Source: Candidatus Caldarchaeum sp. (lineage in GTDB: Archaea > Thermoproteota > Nitrososphaeria_A > Caldarchaeales > Caldarchaeaceae). Taken from it: a DNA stretch of 16,927 nt. Positions 1-8,713 of this stretch are shown here, in pieces. Below the pieces are notes generated by a model, which was given only the letters and a program-made list of their open reading frames with translations, had not been told where the DNA came from and searched no databases. Each line of letters begins with the position of its first letter. Position 1 is the stretch's first letter. The position numbers were made by a program, and so were the translations under genes. Where the stretch lies: NCBI GenBank assembly GCA_038844785.1, contig JAWBRA010000030.1, positions 1-16,927 of the forward strand, given 5' to 3'.

Positions 1-127
1 TTCTACAACAACATAAACTCAAAGACAGTAAAGAGTGTTGAGGAGATAGCAGCAGCAATAGCCCTAACACACAACACACTCATAAAAACCAAGACAGAAG
101 GAGGCGTATTACTTGGTTGACAGTACC
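1..127 (+). mobile_element. 3' end of IS6-family insertion sequence: transposase C-terminus (1..120) plus right terminal inverted repeat
   Basis: Frame 1 reads FYNNINSKTVKSVEEIAAAIALTHNTLIKTKTEGGVLLG* (TGA 118-120), homologous to the C-terminus of the transposase at 16467+. The element ends TTGACAGTACC (117-127), whose reverse complement GGTACTGTCAA resembles IS6-family termini (IS26 GGCACTGT, IS257 GGTTCTGT). Confidence 0.9.
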
Positions 128-145
128 ACGCGGCGTCCCAAGATA

Positions 146-153
146 TTTAATAA
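146..153 (+). promoter_or_regulatory. Archaeal TATA box for dys
   Basis: TTTAATAA ends 24 nt before ATG 178, consistent with a leaderless or near-leaderless transcript. Confidence 0.55.
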
Positions 154-177
154 GACCATACGGGCTTTAGCTTTGAA

Positions 178-1101
178 ATGTTCGTAGAGGATGTTCGGCT
201 GAGTAAAGACGTGTCAGCAGTTCAGCTGATTGGGATGATGAGAAGGATGGGTGGGTTCATGGGGATGCATCTCGGCCAAGCCTTCGAAATCCTGAAAGAA
301 GCCGTCGAAGATAAGACGTGTCTCAAGGCCATTTCTTTCACGGGCAACCTTATTGCAACCGGTCTCAGAGGTGTTTTCGTAGAACTTTTTAAGAGAAAGA
401 TGTTCGACGTTGTAGTCACCACGTGCGGAGCTTTAGACCATGACATCGCACGGACCCGTTCAGCCTATCGGATAGGTAGCTTCGACGCCGACGACTGGCA
501 GCTGGCTGAGAAAAACGTACACAGGCTTGGAAGCGTATTCATAGAACAGCAGAGCTATGGGCTTGCCATAGAAAGGGAGGCTACACAGTTGTTGGAGAAG
601 ATTGATCAAAACACTGAGATCGCCGTGCATAGGCTTTGCTGGATTATTGGGCAGCAGCTTAACTCTGAGCATTCATTTCTTTACTGGTGCTGGAGAAACA
701 AAATTCCAGTCTTCGTCCCAGGTTTTGTCGACGGGGCTTTAGGATATCAGATCTGGCTACAGGGAAAAAGGAAGGGTGTGAAGCTTGACTTGAACGCCGA
801 CATGGACCTCATCAACGAAATCATGTGGAAAGCAGGTAGAAAAGCAGGCCTTGTGGTTGGAGGAGGAATCTCAAAACACCATATGCTTTGGTGGTCGCAG
901 TTTGGGGGCGAAGGATTAGACATAGCCGTTTACATATCCACCGCCGACGAGTACGACGGCAGCCTCAGCGGTGCGAGGCCGCGTGAGGCGGTGACATGGC
1001 ATAAGGTCTCCCCTAGGTCCAAGCACATATTCGTTAAGGCTGACGCAACTGTAGTGCTTCCTTTATTGGCCTTAGCCCTCATCCAATCGTTTGACGGCTA
1101 G
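178..1101 (+). CDS. dys: Deoxyhypusine synthase (aIF5A modification)
   Basis: Motifs FTGNLIATGLR, VVTTCGALDHD, HRLGSVF, GGGISKHH, DGSLSGARPREAVTWHK (catalytic Lys, cf. EAVSWGK) and ADATVVLP. Confidence 0.95.
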   Translation: MFVEDVRLSKDVSAVQLIGMMRRMGGFMGMHLGQAFEILKEAVEDKTCLKAISFTGNLIATGLRGVFVELFKRKMFDVVVTTCGALDHDIARTRSAYRIGSFDADDWQLAEKNVHRLGSVFIEQQSYGLAIEREATQLLEKIDQNTEIAVHRLCWIIGQQLNSEHSFLYWCWRNKIPVFVPGFVDGALGYQIWLQGKRKGVKLDLNADMDLINEIMWKAGRKAGLVVGGGISKHHMLWWSQFGGEGLDIAVYISTADEYDGSLSGARPREAVTWHKVSPRSKHIFVKADATVVLPLLALALIQSFDG

Positions 1102-2312
1102 GTATGCGTGTAGCTTTCAAGGCTTTCTCTAATCATTTTTACTGCCTTCTCCACATCTTTCGTGGAGACAAATACTCTTATCGATGAGCTTATGGTGAGT
1201 ATTCCGAATACGTTGATGGCCTGTGCTGCCAGCGGCTGCAAGACTTTGTGAACAACGCCGGGCACGGTTTCAAGCATGGAGCCATAGATGCGTATCAGGC
1301 TTAGGTATGGAAAATGGCTGACGGCCTTGCCTAAACGATTTCCAACAAAATAATCGTGAAGCTTTTCAACGACCTCGCCGTCCCCATCCAAATAAAGTAT
1401 GAGGGATTCTTCCTCCACCGATGCAGCTATCACTTTAGCTCCCGCTGCCTGCAGCGCAGAGACAGCTGAAACCAGTTTAGACGGCTCCCCCATCGACTTG
1501 CCCAGAATAGTAACCATGGTTACGTTTGTGTTGTCGATGCTTATCTCTAGCTTAGGTATCCCAGTCCCCAAAATTACCGTTCCGCCTGCCTCAAGGCTGT
1601 CCAAAGCACCTATCCTTATCCTCCCTTTCGGATGGAGAAACGTCAAAGCCTTTGAATGGATTATTTTCGCACCCCCTACGCTGAGTTTGAAAACTTCATC
1701 CGCGGTCAAAACGTCTAAAACGCCTGCTGCGGAGACGTTTTTAGGATCTGATGTATGGACTCCAGCAACATCCTTCACAAGTATTACCTCATCAGCGTCG
1801 AGGCAGTTGGCCAGCACGACTGCTGTTGTGTCGCTGCCGCCTCTCCCCATGGTGGTTATCTCACCGTTTCGCGAGACCGCAACATACCCGCATACCACTG
1901 GAACAACACCTTCCTCGAGAAGTTTTCCAACACCCTGCTTGGCACGAGGCCTGCATTCTTCAAGGATAGGTGTCGCGTCCAGATGTTTGTCGTCGGTTAT
2001 GATAGGCCATATGTCGGAGCTTGGGTCAACTACCGCTGCTTCAACACCGTATCTCTTTAACGCCAGCGCGAACAGTCGGGCGCTGGTTCTCTCACCCATG
2101 GCTAAGAGCTCGTCGAGAAGGTTGGGTGGGGCGTTAGGGTTAAGCCTTTGAGCATTCCTGAGCAGCTCGTCAGTAACACCCTTCAAAGCGGAGACGACCA
2201 CAACAACCTTGTAACCTTTGCTGCGCAAGAGTCCAACATATTCCGCTGCCTTCTCCACTCCTTTCTCGTCTGAAAGAACGGACCCGCCAAATTTGACGAC
2301 AACCACAGGCAT
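1098..2312 (-). CDS. lysC: Aspartate kinase with two C-terminal ACT domains
   Basis: Motifs VVKFGGS, VVVVSALKGVTDEL, MGERTSA, TTMGRGGSDTTA, KDVAGVHTSDPK and GAKIIH, followed by an ACT-like C-terminus. Start placed at ATG 2312 because GAGGTG lies 6 nt upstream; the track's GTG 2321 is inside that SD. Confidence 0.93.
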   Translation of the reverse strand: MPVVVVKFGGSVLSDEKGVEKAAEYVGLLRSKGYKVVVVVSALKGVTDELLRNAQRLNPNAPPNLLDELLAMGERTSARLFALALKRYGVEAAVVDPSSDIWPIITDDKHLDATPILEECRPRAKQGVGKLLEEGVVPVVCGYVAVSRNGEITTMGRGGSDTTAVVLANCLDADEVILVKDVAGVHTSDPKNVSAAGVLDVLTADEVFKLSVGGAKIIHSKALTFLHPKGRIRIGALDSLEAGGTVILGTGIPKLEISIDNTNVTMVTILGKSMGEPSKLVSAVSALQAAGAKVIAASVEEESLILYLDGDGEVVEKLHDYFVGNRLGKAVSHFPYLSLIRIYGSMLETVPGVVHKVLQPLAAQAINVFGILTISSSIRVFVSTKDVEKAVKMIRESLESYTHT

Positions 2313-2346
2313 GGAAAACACCTCTGAAACAAACCTACCCCAGCTT

Positions 2347-2403
2347 TCAATAATACGTGGACTGGCCAGACCCGGTGAACGCTTCCACCGCTCGGATTTC
2401 CAT
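2347..2403 (-). other. Candidate 18-aa upstream ORF / leader (MEIRAVEAFTGSGQSTYY*) in front of lysC
   Basis: ATG 2403 to TGA 2347. AT-rich TATA-like elements lie at 2423-2429 and 2433-2439 on the minus strand, and there is a 7-bp hairpin at 2373-2390. Confidence 0.35.
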
Positions 2404-2435
2404 TTCTAGGTAAGCCGACACGAATAAAACAGTAT

Positions 2436-4703
2436 TTAAGCCTTCGCCCTGCTCTTTATCAACCAATAAACCTTCTCCGGCGTCATAGGTAAGAATAGAG
2501 GTCTTACTCCAACAGCGTCGTATACTGCGTTTGCGATAGCAGGCGCAACAGAAATTATTCCTATCTCGCCGACCCCCTTGGCGCCGAAGGGCCCTTGGTC
2601 TTCATACTCCTCCACGGGGATAGCCTCTATTTCTGGCATGTCTTTTATGCTTGGGATGAGGTATGTGGAGAGGTTTGTAGCCCTTACGTATCCGTTCTCT
2701 ATTTTTGGTTCTTCAAGCAAAGCATATCCTATGCCCTGTGCTGCTGCACCCTCCAGCTGTCCTGTCAAAGTCTGAGGGTTGACAACCCTTCCAACATCAG
2801 CTATGCTCACCAAGTTTTTAACCGTAACAGTTCCTGTCAAAACATTTACCTCAACTGATGCTAGGGTAACGCCAAACATATAGAATAGATGGGGTATCTC
2901 AAGGGAGCCTGGGATAGGGTCTACGCGGGGCACCTCAAAAACTCCCTCAACCTCCCTTCCAAGTCCGCATTCTTCAAGCAGTCTGGCAACTTCTTTGAAA
3001 GGAATTTTCCTACCGGCCCTGGTTACTAGACATCCATTTTCTATGGACGGCTCGTCACACTGTTCTCCGTAATAATCCGCTACACACTTCTTCATCTTCT
3101 CAAGCAGTTTATTTACAGCATCCTTCAACGCGTTGCCTGCTAGAAACAGCTGACGGGAGGCTGAGGTAACGCTTGTGTCAGGTGTTTTATCGGTGTCGGC
3201 GAAAACTACTTCGATGTTATCTAATTTCGTCTTGAGCAATTCGGCTGCTAGCTGTGCAATAGCTTGGATAACTCCCTGACCTATCTCGGTAAAGCTTCCC
3301 CTGACGTTGAACCGGCCGTCGAGCCGTAGCTCAAGCCCGACGACTCCCTTGTCAGGCAAGGCTCCCAGCGTGTAGCCCTTTACAGCTGCTGCCACGCCTA
3401 CACCTCTTCTAAGCCATGGAAGGCTTGTCCCTCTTTTGTAGCTGTCTCTGTTTCGCCAGATTGGATGGTTTTTTGCAGTCTCGAGACATTTTGAGATGCC
3501 TACGCTTCCAACTAGCTTGTTCCTGAAAACTCCAACATCACCCTTTCTCAACGCATTCGCCAGCCTTAACTCTATCGGGTCCATGTCCAGTTCCTCTGCA
3601 AGCTGGTCTATTTGCTGCTCTATCGCGAACATGACTTGAGGAGCGCCGAAACCTCGGAATGCAGATGCCACCATGTTGTTTGTGTAGACAAGCCACGCCT
3701 TGATATCTATGTTCGGTATCTTATACGGTCCGTTACAGTTCTCTATAGCCACGTCAAGCACAGCCGGGCCCAAAGCCGCGTAAGCTCCAGTATCGTAAAT
3801 TATTTCGACGTAGTTGGCTTGGAGTTTTCCGTCTGCTGAGGCTCCTGTTTTCATCTTGATTATGGCTGCGTGTCTTTTTGTGCCGGCGATGGTTGATTCT
3901 TCCCTGCTCCAAACAAGCCTTGCAGGCCTGCCTGTTTTCCAAGTGACGAGGGCTAGGTGTATCTGAACCGATATGTCATCTTTTCCGCCGAAAGCGCCAC
4001 CCACATGCGGGATGATAACCCTTACCTTCTCAGGAGGCAGGTTCAGTGTGGAAACTATTTCATGGCGGTCGCGGTAAGGTGACTGGCCACCTGCAACCAC
4101 AGTGATTCTGCCTTTCTCATCAACGTATGAAAAACCCGCCTCCGTCTCGAGATATGCATGTATTTGGGGAGATGTTCTGTACGTGTTTTCGACTACTGCT
4201 TTAGATTTTCTGAACCCCTCATCAACGTCTCCGAAGGTTATGCGAGTGCTTCTGCACACGTTTCCGCTGTCGTATATCTTCGGGGAGGAAGGGTCCATGG
4301 CTTGGATAGGGTCGGTGACCGGTGGAAGAGGCTCGTAATCAACTATGATTTCGTCGAGGGCTGCTTCAGCTTCCTCGCGCGACTCGGCTGCTACGAGGGC
4401 TACGGGGTCGCCTATATATCTGACGCGGTCGTCGCAGAGAACAGGCCTGTCTTTTACGAAAACGCCGTACCTGTTGTTGGGGACATCTTTGTGCGTGAAG
4501 ACAGCCACGACACCGGGCATGCCAACGGCTTTCGAGACGTCTATCCTACGTATTTTGGCATGGGGATACTTGCTTCTCAGGACTAAAACCCACAGGAGAT
4601 CGTCTGGGAGTATGTCAGAAGCGAATTTTGTAACGCCTGAGGCCTTCTCGAAAGCATCCTTCCTAACAACTTCCCTGCCCACCCATCCAGCTTCGGATGT
4701 CAC
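2436..4703 (-). CDS. Xanthine dehydrogenase family molybdopterin-binding large subunit (AFRGFG type)
   Basis: Motifs QIHAYLETEA, GGAFGGK, SAFRGFGAPQ, TEIGQG, TSASRQ, GQLEGAAAQGIGYAL and GAKGVGE (catalytic Glu). Start placed at GTG 4703, which overlaps the medium-subunit TGA (GTGA) and has GAGGTG/GGAG upstream. Confidence 0.92.
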   Translation of the reverse strand: MTSEAGWVGREVVRKDAFEKASGVTKFASDILPDDLLWVLVLRSKYPHAKIRRIDVSKAVGMPGVVAVFTHKDVPNNRYGVFVKDRPVLCDDRVRYIGDPVALVAAESREEAEAALDEIIVDYEPLPPVTDPIQAMDPSSPKIYDSGNVCRSTRITFGDVDEGFRKSKAVVENTYRTSPQIHAYLETEAGFSYVDEKGRITVVAGGQSPYRDRHEIVSTLNLPPEKVRVIIPHVGGAFGGKDDISVQIHLALVTWKTGRPARLVWSREESTIAGTKRHAAIIKMKTGASADGKLQANYVEIIYDTGAYAALGPAVLDVAIENCNGPYKIPNIDIKAWLVYTNNMVASAFRGFGAPQVMFAIEQQIDQLAEELDMDPIELRLANALRKGDVGVFRNKLVGSVGISKCLETAKNHPIWRNRDSYKRGTSLPWLRRGVGVAAAVKGYTLGALPDKGVVGLELRLDGRFNVRGSFTEIGQGVIQAIAQLAAELLKTKLDNIEVVFADTDKTPDTSVTSASRQLFLAGNALKDAVNKLLEKMKKCVADYYGEQCDEPSIENGCLVTRAGRKIPFKEVARLLEECGLGREVEGVFEVPRVDPIPGSLEIPHLFYMFGVTLASVEVNVLTGTVTVKNLVSIADVGRVVNPQTLTGQLEGAAAQGIGYALLEEPKIENGYVRATNLSTYLIPSIKDMPEIEAIPVEEYEDQGPFGAKGVGEIGIISVAPAIANAVYDAVGVRPLFLPMTPEKVYWLIKSRAKA

Positions 4704-5578
4704 GTCTCCACACCTCTGCTGAGCATCCATAGCGTCATGTAGACATAGTTGACGCACATCTCTCGACGGTACGCCGCCGTCCCTCTGACATCATCTATGG
4801 GTGAAATAGACTCCACCACTGCCTCAGCAGCCTTCCACATCGTTTCTTCGTCAAGCCTCTTTCCCTCAAGCATTTTCTCACATGTTAAAGCTCTGACGAC
4901 CGTTGGTGCGACCGCGCCTAATGCAACTCTCGCATCAGTGACGGTTTTTGTCTCCCTGTCCCAGCCTAGCATCACAGCCCCGTTTACAACAGATATTGCG
5001 TCCCCCTGTCTGGGGCCGTGTTTGAAAAACCGTCCGCTGTAGTTTTCCGGAACGGGTTTAAAGGAAACTTCGACAAGCAGCTCTTCGGGCTTCATGTCAA
5101 GCTTCTTATAACCTTTGTAAAACTCCATGATGGAAACGGTTCTAGAAGTTCTGCGGCTTCGGAGAGTGAGGCTAGCCTCCAAAACATATAACGGAGGCAG
5201 GGAATCCGCCGCCGGCGAAGCGTTAACGATGTTGCCTCCTAGAGAGGCTTTGTTCATTATCTGTATCGAGCCGACAGAGAGGGCTGCTTCGGCGAGTACG
5301 GGAGCTGTCTTCCTTATCAAGGGTGAGCTGTAGATTGTTGCGAAATCGGTTAAAGCGCCAATCTTCACACGACCGTCCTCAAACTTCACATACCTCAGCT
5401 CGTCTAAACGATAAATGTTCAGCAGGTCGGTTTTAGGAATTAGCCTGTTCCGCATTTGAACTACTAGGTCTGTTCCACCGGCCACAACCCTTATTTTGCC
5501 TGCCTTCTCCTCCAAGACCTCAAGGGCTTCCTCGAGCGACGACGGCGTGATAACATCTATGTCAGCTAACGAGATCAT
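4700..5578 (-). CDS. Xanthine dehydrogenase family FAD-binding medium subunit (CoxM/XdhB-like)
   Basis: FAD motifs VVAGGTDL and GSIQIMNKASLGGNIVNASPAADS; C-terminal PIDDVRGTAAYRR. ATGA overlap with the small subunit. Confidence 0.93.
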   Translation of the reverse strand: MISLADIDVITPSSLEEALEVLEEKAGKIRVVAGGTDLVVQMRNRLIPKTDLLNIYRLDELRYVKFEDGRVKIGALTDFATIYSSPLIRKTAPVLAEAALSVGSIQIMNKASLGGNIVNASPAADSLPPLYVLEASLTLRSRRTSRTVSIMEFYKGYKKLDMKPEELLVEVSFKPVPENYSGRFFKHGPRQGDAISVVNGAVMLGWDRETKTVTDARVALGAVAPTVVRALTCEKMLEGKRLDEETMWKAAEAVVESISPIDDVRGTAAYRREMCVNYVYMTLWMLSRGVET

Positions 5579-6042
5579 CGCCTAACACTCGCCGCTGTTT
5601 TGACTGCTCTGATTATTTTTACGTAGCCTGTGCATCTGCAAAGGTTTCCTCTTAATGCTTCCCTGATATCTTCGTCTGAGGGTTTCTGATAGCTTCTTAA
5701 AAGCGCTGCGGTAGCAACCACCATTCCTGGCGTGCAGTAGCCGCATTGTACAGCCCCCTCGAGAGCATAGGCCTGCGGTATGGAGGGGTCGATGCCTTCG
5801 ACTGTCACTATCTCCCTGCCGTCCACCTGAGCCATAAGCGTGAGACAGGAGTGGACAGCTTTTCCACCCATCAGAACCGTGCATGCGCCGCAGTCTCCGC
5901 CGCTGCATCCGTCTTTTGTCCCAGTAAGACCCAGTATGTAGCGTAAAGTATCCAGCAGCGTGTACGCTGGCGGGGCGTTGACCTTTACTTCTCTCCCGTT
6001 AAGCTTGAACGAAAACTCCCTGAGGATGCGGGAAGAAGCCAT
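5575..6042 (-). CDS. Xanthine dehydrogenase family 2x[2Fe-2S] small subunit (CoxS/XdhC-like)
   Basis: Cysteine ligands in GCSGGDCGACTV...SC and QCGYCTPG...NLCRCTGY. Confidence 0.95.
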   Translation of the reverse strand: MASSRILREFSFKLNGREVKVNAPPAYTLLDTLRYILGLTGTKDGCSGGDCGACTVLMGGKAVHSCLTLMAQVDGREIVTVEGIDPSIPQAYALEGAVQCGYCTPGMVVATAALLRSYQKPSDEDIREALRGNLCRCTGYVKIIRAVKTAASVRR

Positions 6043-6061
6043 GCCGTTTTTCCGCCGACGT

Positions 6062-6069
6062 TATTTATA
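6062..6069 (-). promoter_or_regulatory. Probable internal TATA box driving the small-medium-large operon
   Basis: TATAAATA on the minus strand in the 30-nt gap, about 20 nt upstream of ATG 6042. Confidence 0.5.
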
Positions 6070-6072
6070 GGT

Positions 6073-8337
6073 CTATTTCCCAGACGCATGAAGGATGTTC
6101 CAGACCATGTAAGGCGTGAGAGGAGTTTTTTCAACAGGTCTTCCTAATGCGTCTTCAACCGCGTTCACAACCGCTTGAGCAAGCCCTATGGTTGATGCCT
6201 CCCCAACGCCTTTGGCGCCCAGCGGGTTAGGCGCAGGCGTCACAGTTCTGTCGGTTAGCATGTCAGGCACTTCCGCGGCTGTGGGTATGAGGTAGTCTGC
6301 TAGGCTGGCTGTAAGGAGCATGCCGTTGGCGTCGTATTCAAGGCCTTCGAACAAGGCTTGGCCTATTGCTTGAGCTGCTCCGCCGACAACCTGCCCATCC
6401 ACCAGCATGGGGTTTACAACCTGCCCGCAGTCGTTAACCATCACGATCTTCCTGAGGTAAACCTTTCCTGTTTCCGCGTCAACTTCCACAACGGCCAAAT
6501 GTGCGCCGAAAGGAAACGTAAGCTGGGGAACGTAATGTGCAACCGCCTCTAGCCCAGGCTCGATGTTTTCCGGCAGGCTTTCTGCGTCATAGGCAGCCTC
6601 GGCTATCTTTTCGACGGATATCTTGCGGCTTGGGTCGTCCTTTACCACGAACGCGCCGTCGATAAATTCTAGGTCTTCAGCATGGCATTCTAGCAGGTGT
6701 GAGGCGATTGTAGCCATTTTCTCTCGTATTTTCCTGCATGCTGCCAGAACGGCGTTTCCGCCTGAGGCGAGGGTCCAGCTGCCTGCTGTTCCATTTCCAG
6801 GTGGGCCGAGGGAAGTATCGCTGTGCGTTACTGTGATTTTTTCGATGGGAACTCCCAGTGTGTCTGACGCTATTTGGGCGAAGGCTGTTTCATCGCCTTG
6901 GCCGTGGGGCGAGGTTCCGCTGTAGATGAAAAGGGAGCCGTCTTTTTCAACTCGGACGTATGCCGGCTGGGGCATAAAGTTGCTCACTTCAACGTAGGTT
7001 GACAGCCCAACACCTATCAATACTCCTTTTCCACGCAGTTCTCTCTGCATTTCACGAAGACCCTTATAGTTGGAAATTTCCAGCAGCCTGTCCAGAGCCC
7101 TGCCGTAGTCACCTGTGTCGTAAACCATTCCAAGCCCGTTATCGTATGGAAATTCATGGGGCTCGATGAAGTTTATGCGGCGAATTTCTACAGGGTCGAT
7201 TCCCAACGTCGCAGCCGCCCTCTCAACAGCTCTTTCGATAAAGTATGAAGCCTCAGGCCGTCCAGCACCTCTGTAGGGAGCTATCGGCGTTTTGTTGGTG
7301 AAGACTCCCACAGCTTTGACGAATACGTTCTTTATCTTGTAGCAGCCGTTTATCATTCTCGAGGCGGTTAAAGGCATGCCTCTGGCGAAGCCATAGGGAT
7401 AGGCGCCTATGTCAGCCGTTATCTCAGCCTTCAAGCCTAATATCCTACCCTGCCTCGACAATGCCAGCTCGACAAAGGCGTGCATGTCCCTGCCATGGGT
7501 TGTTGCGTGGAAATTCTCCATCCTGTTTTCAAACCAGGCAACTGGTCTCCGCAGCTTTTTCGACAAGATTGGAGCAAGTATGTCTTCCGGGTATATGCTT
7601 AGCTTTGATCCGAATCCTCCTCCAACATCGGGTGCGATAACTCTTACAGCGTTTTCAGAAACTCCCAGCTTTTTTGCAACGAAGCTTCGGAGCCTGTAAG
7701 GATTCTGTGTTGAAGCGTATAGTGTGAAAGAGTTGTTCGAGGGATTGTAGCTGGCGACCACGCATCTGGGCTCAATAGCTGCCGGCGCGATTCTCTGCAC
7801 GGAAAGTTTTGTGGCAACAACTTCCTCGGCTTTCTTAAAGATGTCTTCGACATCACCTACATGTTTGGACCAGGTGAAGTAAACGTTTGTTCCCAGCTCT
7901 TCGTGAACCAAAGGAGAGCCGGGCGCCATGGCTTTAAACGGGTCTAAAACAGGTGGTAACGGGTCATAAACCACGTCAACCTGCTCTGCGGCGTCAACAC
8001 CGTTCGCGAAAGAGTCTGAAACCACCACGGCTACAGGCTCTCCTACGTAACGTGTTTTTTCAGACGCCAGAATCGTTTGGTACACAGGTCTCACTCCTTC
8101 GACATCCTCTTCAACATCAATTTCAACAGCATCAACGTCTTTGTAAGTGTAAACCGCTCGGGCCCCGTTCTTGTAGGCCTTGCTCACGTCTATGTTCTTT
8201 ATTCTTGCACGTGCATAACGGCTTCTCACCACATGCATGTAAAGCATGCCAGGAAGCTTTATGTCAGCAACATACTGTGCAAGTCCCTGTAGAAATTTCC
8301 TGTCGTTTATCCGTTTGACAGACCTTCCCACAAGCAT
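6073..8337 (-). CDS. Molybdopterin-binding large subunit, CoxL form II / CutA (aldehyde oxidoreductase)-like
   Basis: Motifs APDVGGGFGSK, active-site loop PYRGAGRPEA, SGTSPHGQG, GQVVGGAAQAIGQAL and GAKGVGEA. Start placed at ATG 8337, 22 nt below TATA TTTTTAAG (8360-8367); the track uses TTG 8352. Confidence 0.92.
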   Translation of the reverse strand: MLVGRSVKRINDRKFLQGLAQYVADIKLPGMLYMHVVRSRYARARIKNIDVSKAYKNGARAVYTYKDVDAVEIDVEEDVEGVRPVYQTILASEKTRYVGEPVAVVVSDSFANGVDAAEQVDVVYDPLPPVLDPFKAMAPGSPLVHEELGTNVYFTWSKHVGDVEDIFKKAEEVVATKLSVQRIAPAAIEPRCVVASYNPSNNSFTLYASTQNPYRLRSFVAKKLGVSENAVRVIAPDVGGGFGSKLSIYPEDILAPILSKKLRRPVAWFENRMENFHATTHGRDMHAFVELALSRQGRILGLKAEITADIGAYPYGFARGMPLTASRMINGCYKIKNVFVKAVGVFTNKTPIAPYRGAGRPEASYFIERAVERAAATLGIDPVEIRRINFIEPHEFPYDNGLGMVYDTGDYGRALDRLLEISNYKGLREMQRELRGKGVLIGVGLSTYVEVSNFMPQPAYVRVEKDGSLFIYSGTSPHGQGDETAFAQIASDTLGVPIEKITVTHSDTSLGPPGNGTAGSWTLASGGNAVLAACRKIREKMATIASHLLECHAEDLEFIDGAFVVKDDPSRKISVEKIAEAAYDAESLPENIEPGLEAVAHYVPQLTFPFGAHLAVVEVDAETGKVYLRKIVMVNDCGQVVNPMLVDGQVVGGAAQAIGQALFEGLEYDANGMLLTASLADYLIPTAAEVPDMLTDRTVTPAPNPLGAKGVGEASTIGLAQAVVNAVEDALGRPVEKTPLTPYMVWNILHASGK

Positions 8338-8366
8338 AAAGTTGTTTTTCAACCGGATGCTTAAAA

Positions 8367-8385
8367 ATCTGTTTCCGGAACAGAT
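8367..8385. promoter_or_regulatory. Inverted repeat ATCTGTT-N5-AACAGAT, candidate operator next to the large-subunit TATA box
   Basis: Perfect 7-bp arms with an embedded TTCCGGAA palindrome (8373-8380). It lies between the divergent TATA boxes at 8360-8367 (-) and 8417-8424 (+). Confidence 0.5.
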
Positions 8386-8445
8386 GTTATCTCAGAGTCA
8401 TTGTTTGGCACAAAGCTTTTTAAAACAACTAGCATCCTATAGCTG

Positions 8446-8712
8446 TTGAAGATTGAGTTTTTCGGGCCCTTAAGGTCATTAGTCGGTAAAAAGGAGTTGG
8501 AAATCCATTTGGAGGGGAAAAAGAAGCTTAGGGAAGTCCTTGAAAATCTAGATGAGCAGATAAGACGCCATGTGATGGATGACGTTGGAAACCCGCAGCC
8601 CGGCATGTTAATCCTCGTGAACGGGGCGGACGTAAGGTATTCGTCATGGCTTGACACAGAGGTTGGAGACGAAGATACATTGTCGCTGATCCCCTCGATA
8701 CATGGTGGTTAA
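8446..8712 (+). CDS. Ubiquitin-like beta-grasp protein of the Urm1/SAMP (MoaD/ThiS superfamily) type
   Basis: 88 aa with a C-terminal di-glycine. PGMLILVNGAD and the IHGG terminus resemble Urm1 (PGIITLINDTD...LHGG) more than MoaD (PPVSGG). TATA TTTTTAAA at 8417-8424 lies 21 nt before the TTG. Confidence 0.85.
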   Translation: MKIEFFGPLRSLVGKKELEIHLEGKKKLREVLENLDEQIRRHVMDDVGNPQPGMLILVNGADVRYSSWLDTEVGDEDTLSLIPSIHGG

Positions 8713-8713
8713 A

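Noticed and set aside
1399-2151. Long antisense ORFs in the track (1399..2151, 4158..4586, 8644..9132, 13956..14414 and others)
   Set aside because: They are shadows of well-supported genes on the opposite strand, mostly Ser/Thr/Pro-rich and without recognisable motifs.
6073-8337. Bona fide aerobic CO dehydrogenase (form I CoxL)
   Set aside because: It lacks the AYXCSFR copper-binding loop (has PYRGAGR), and no cox accessory genes are present.
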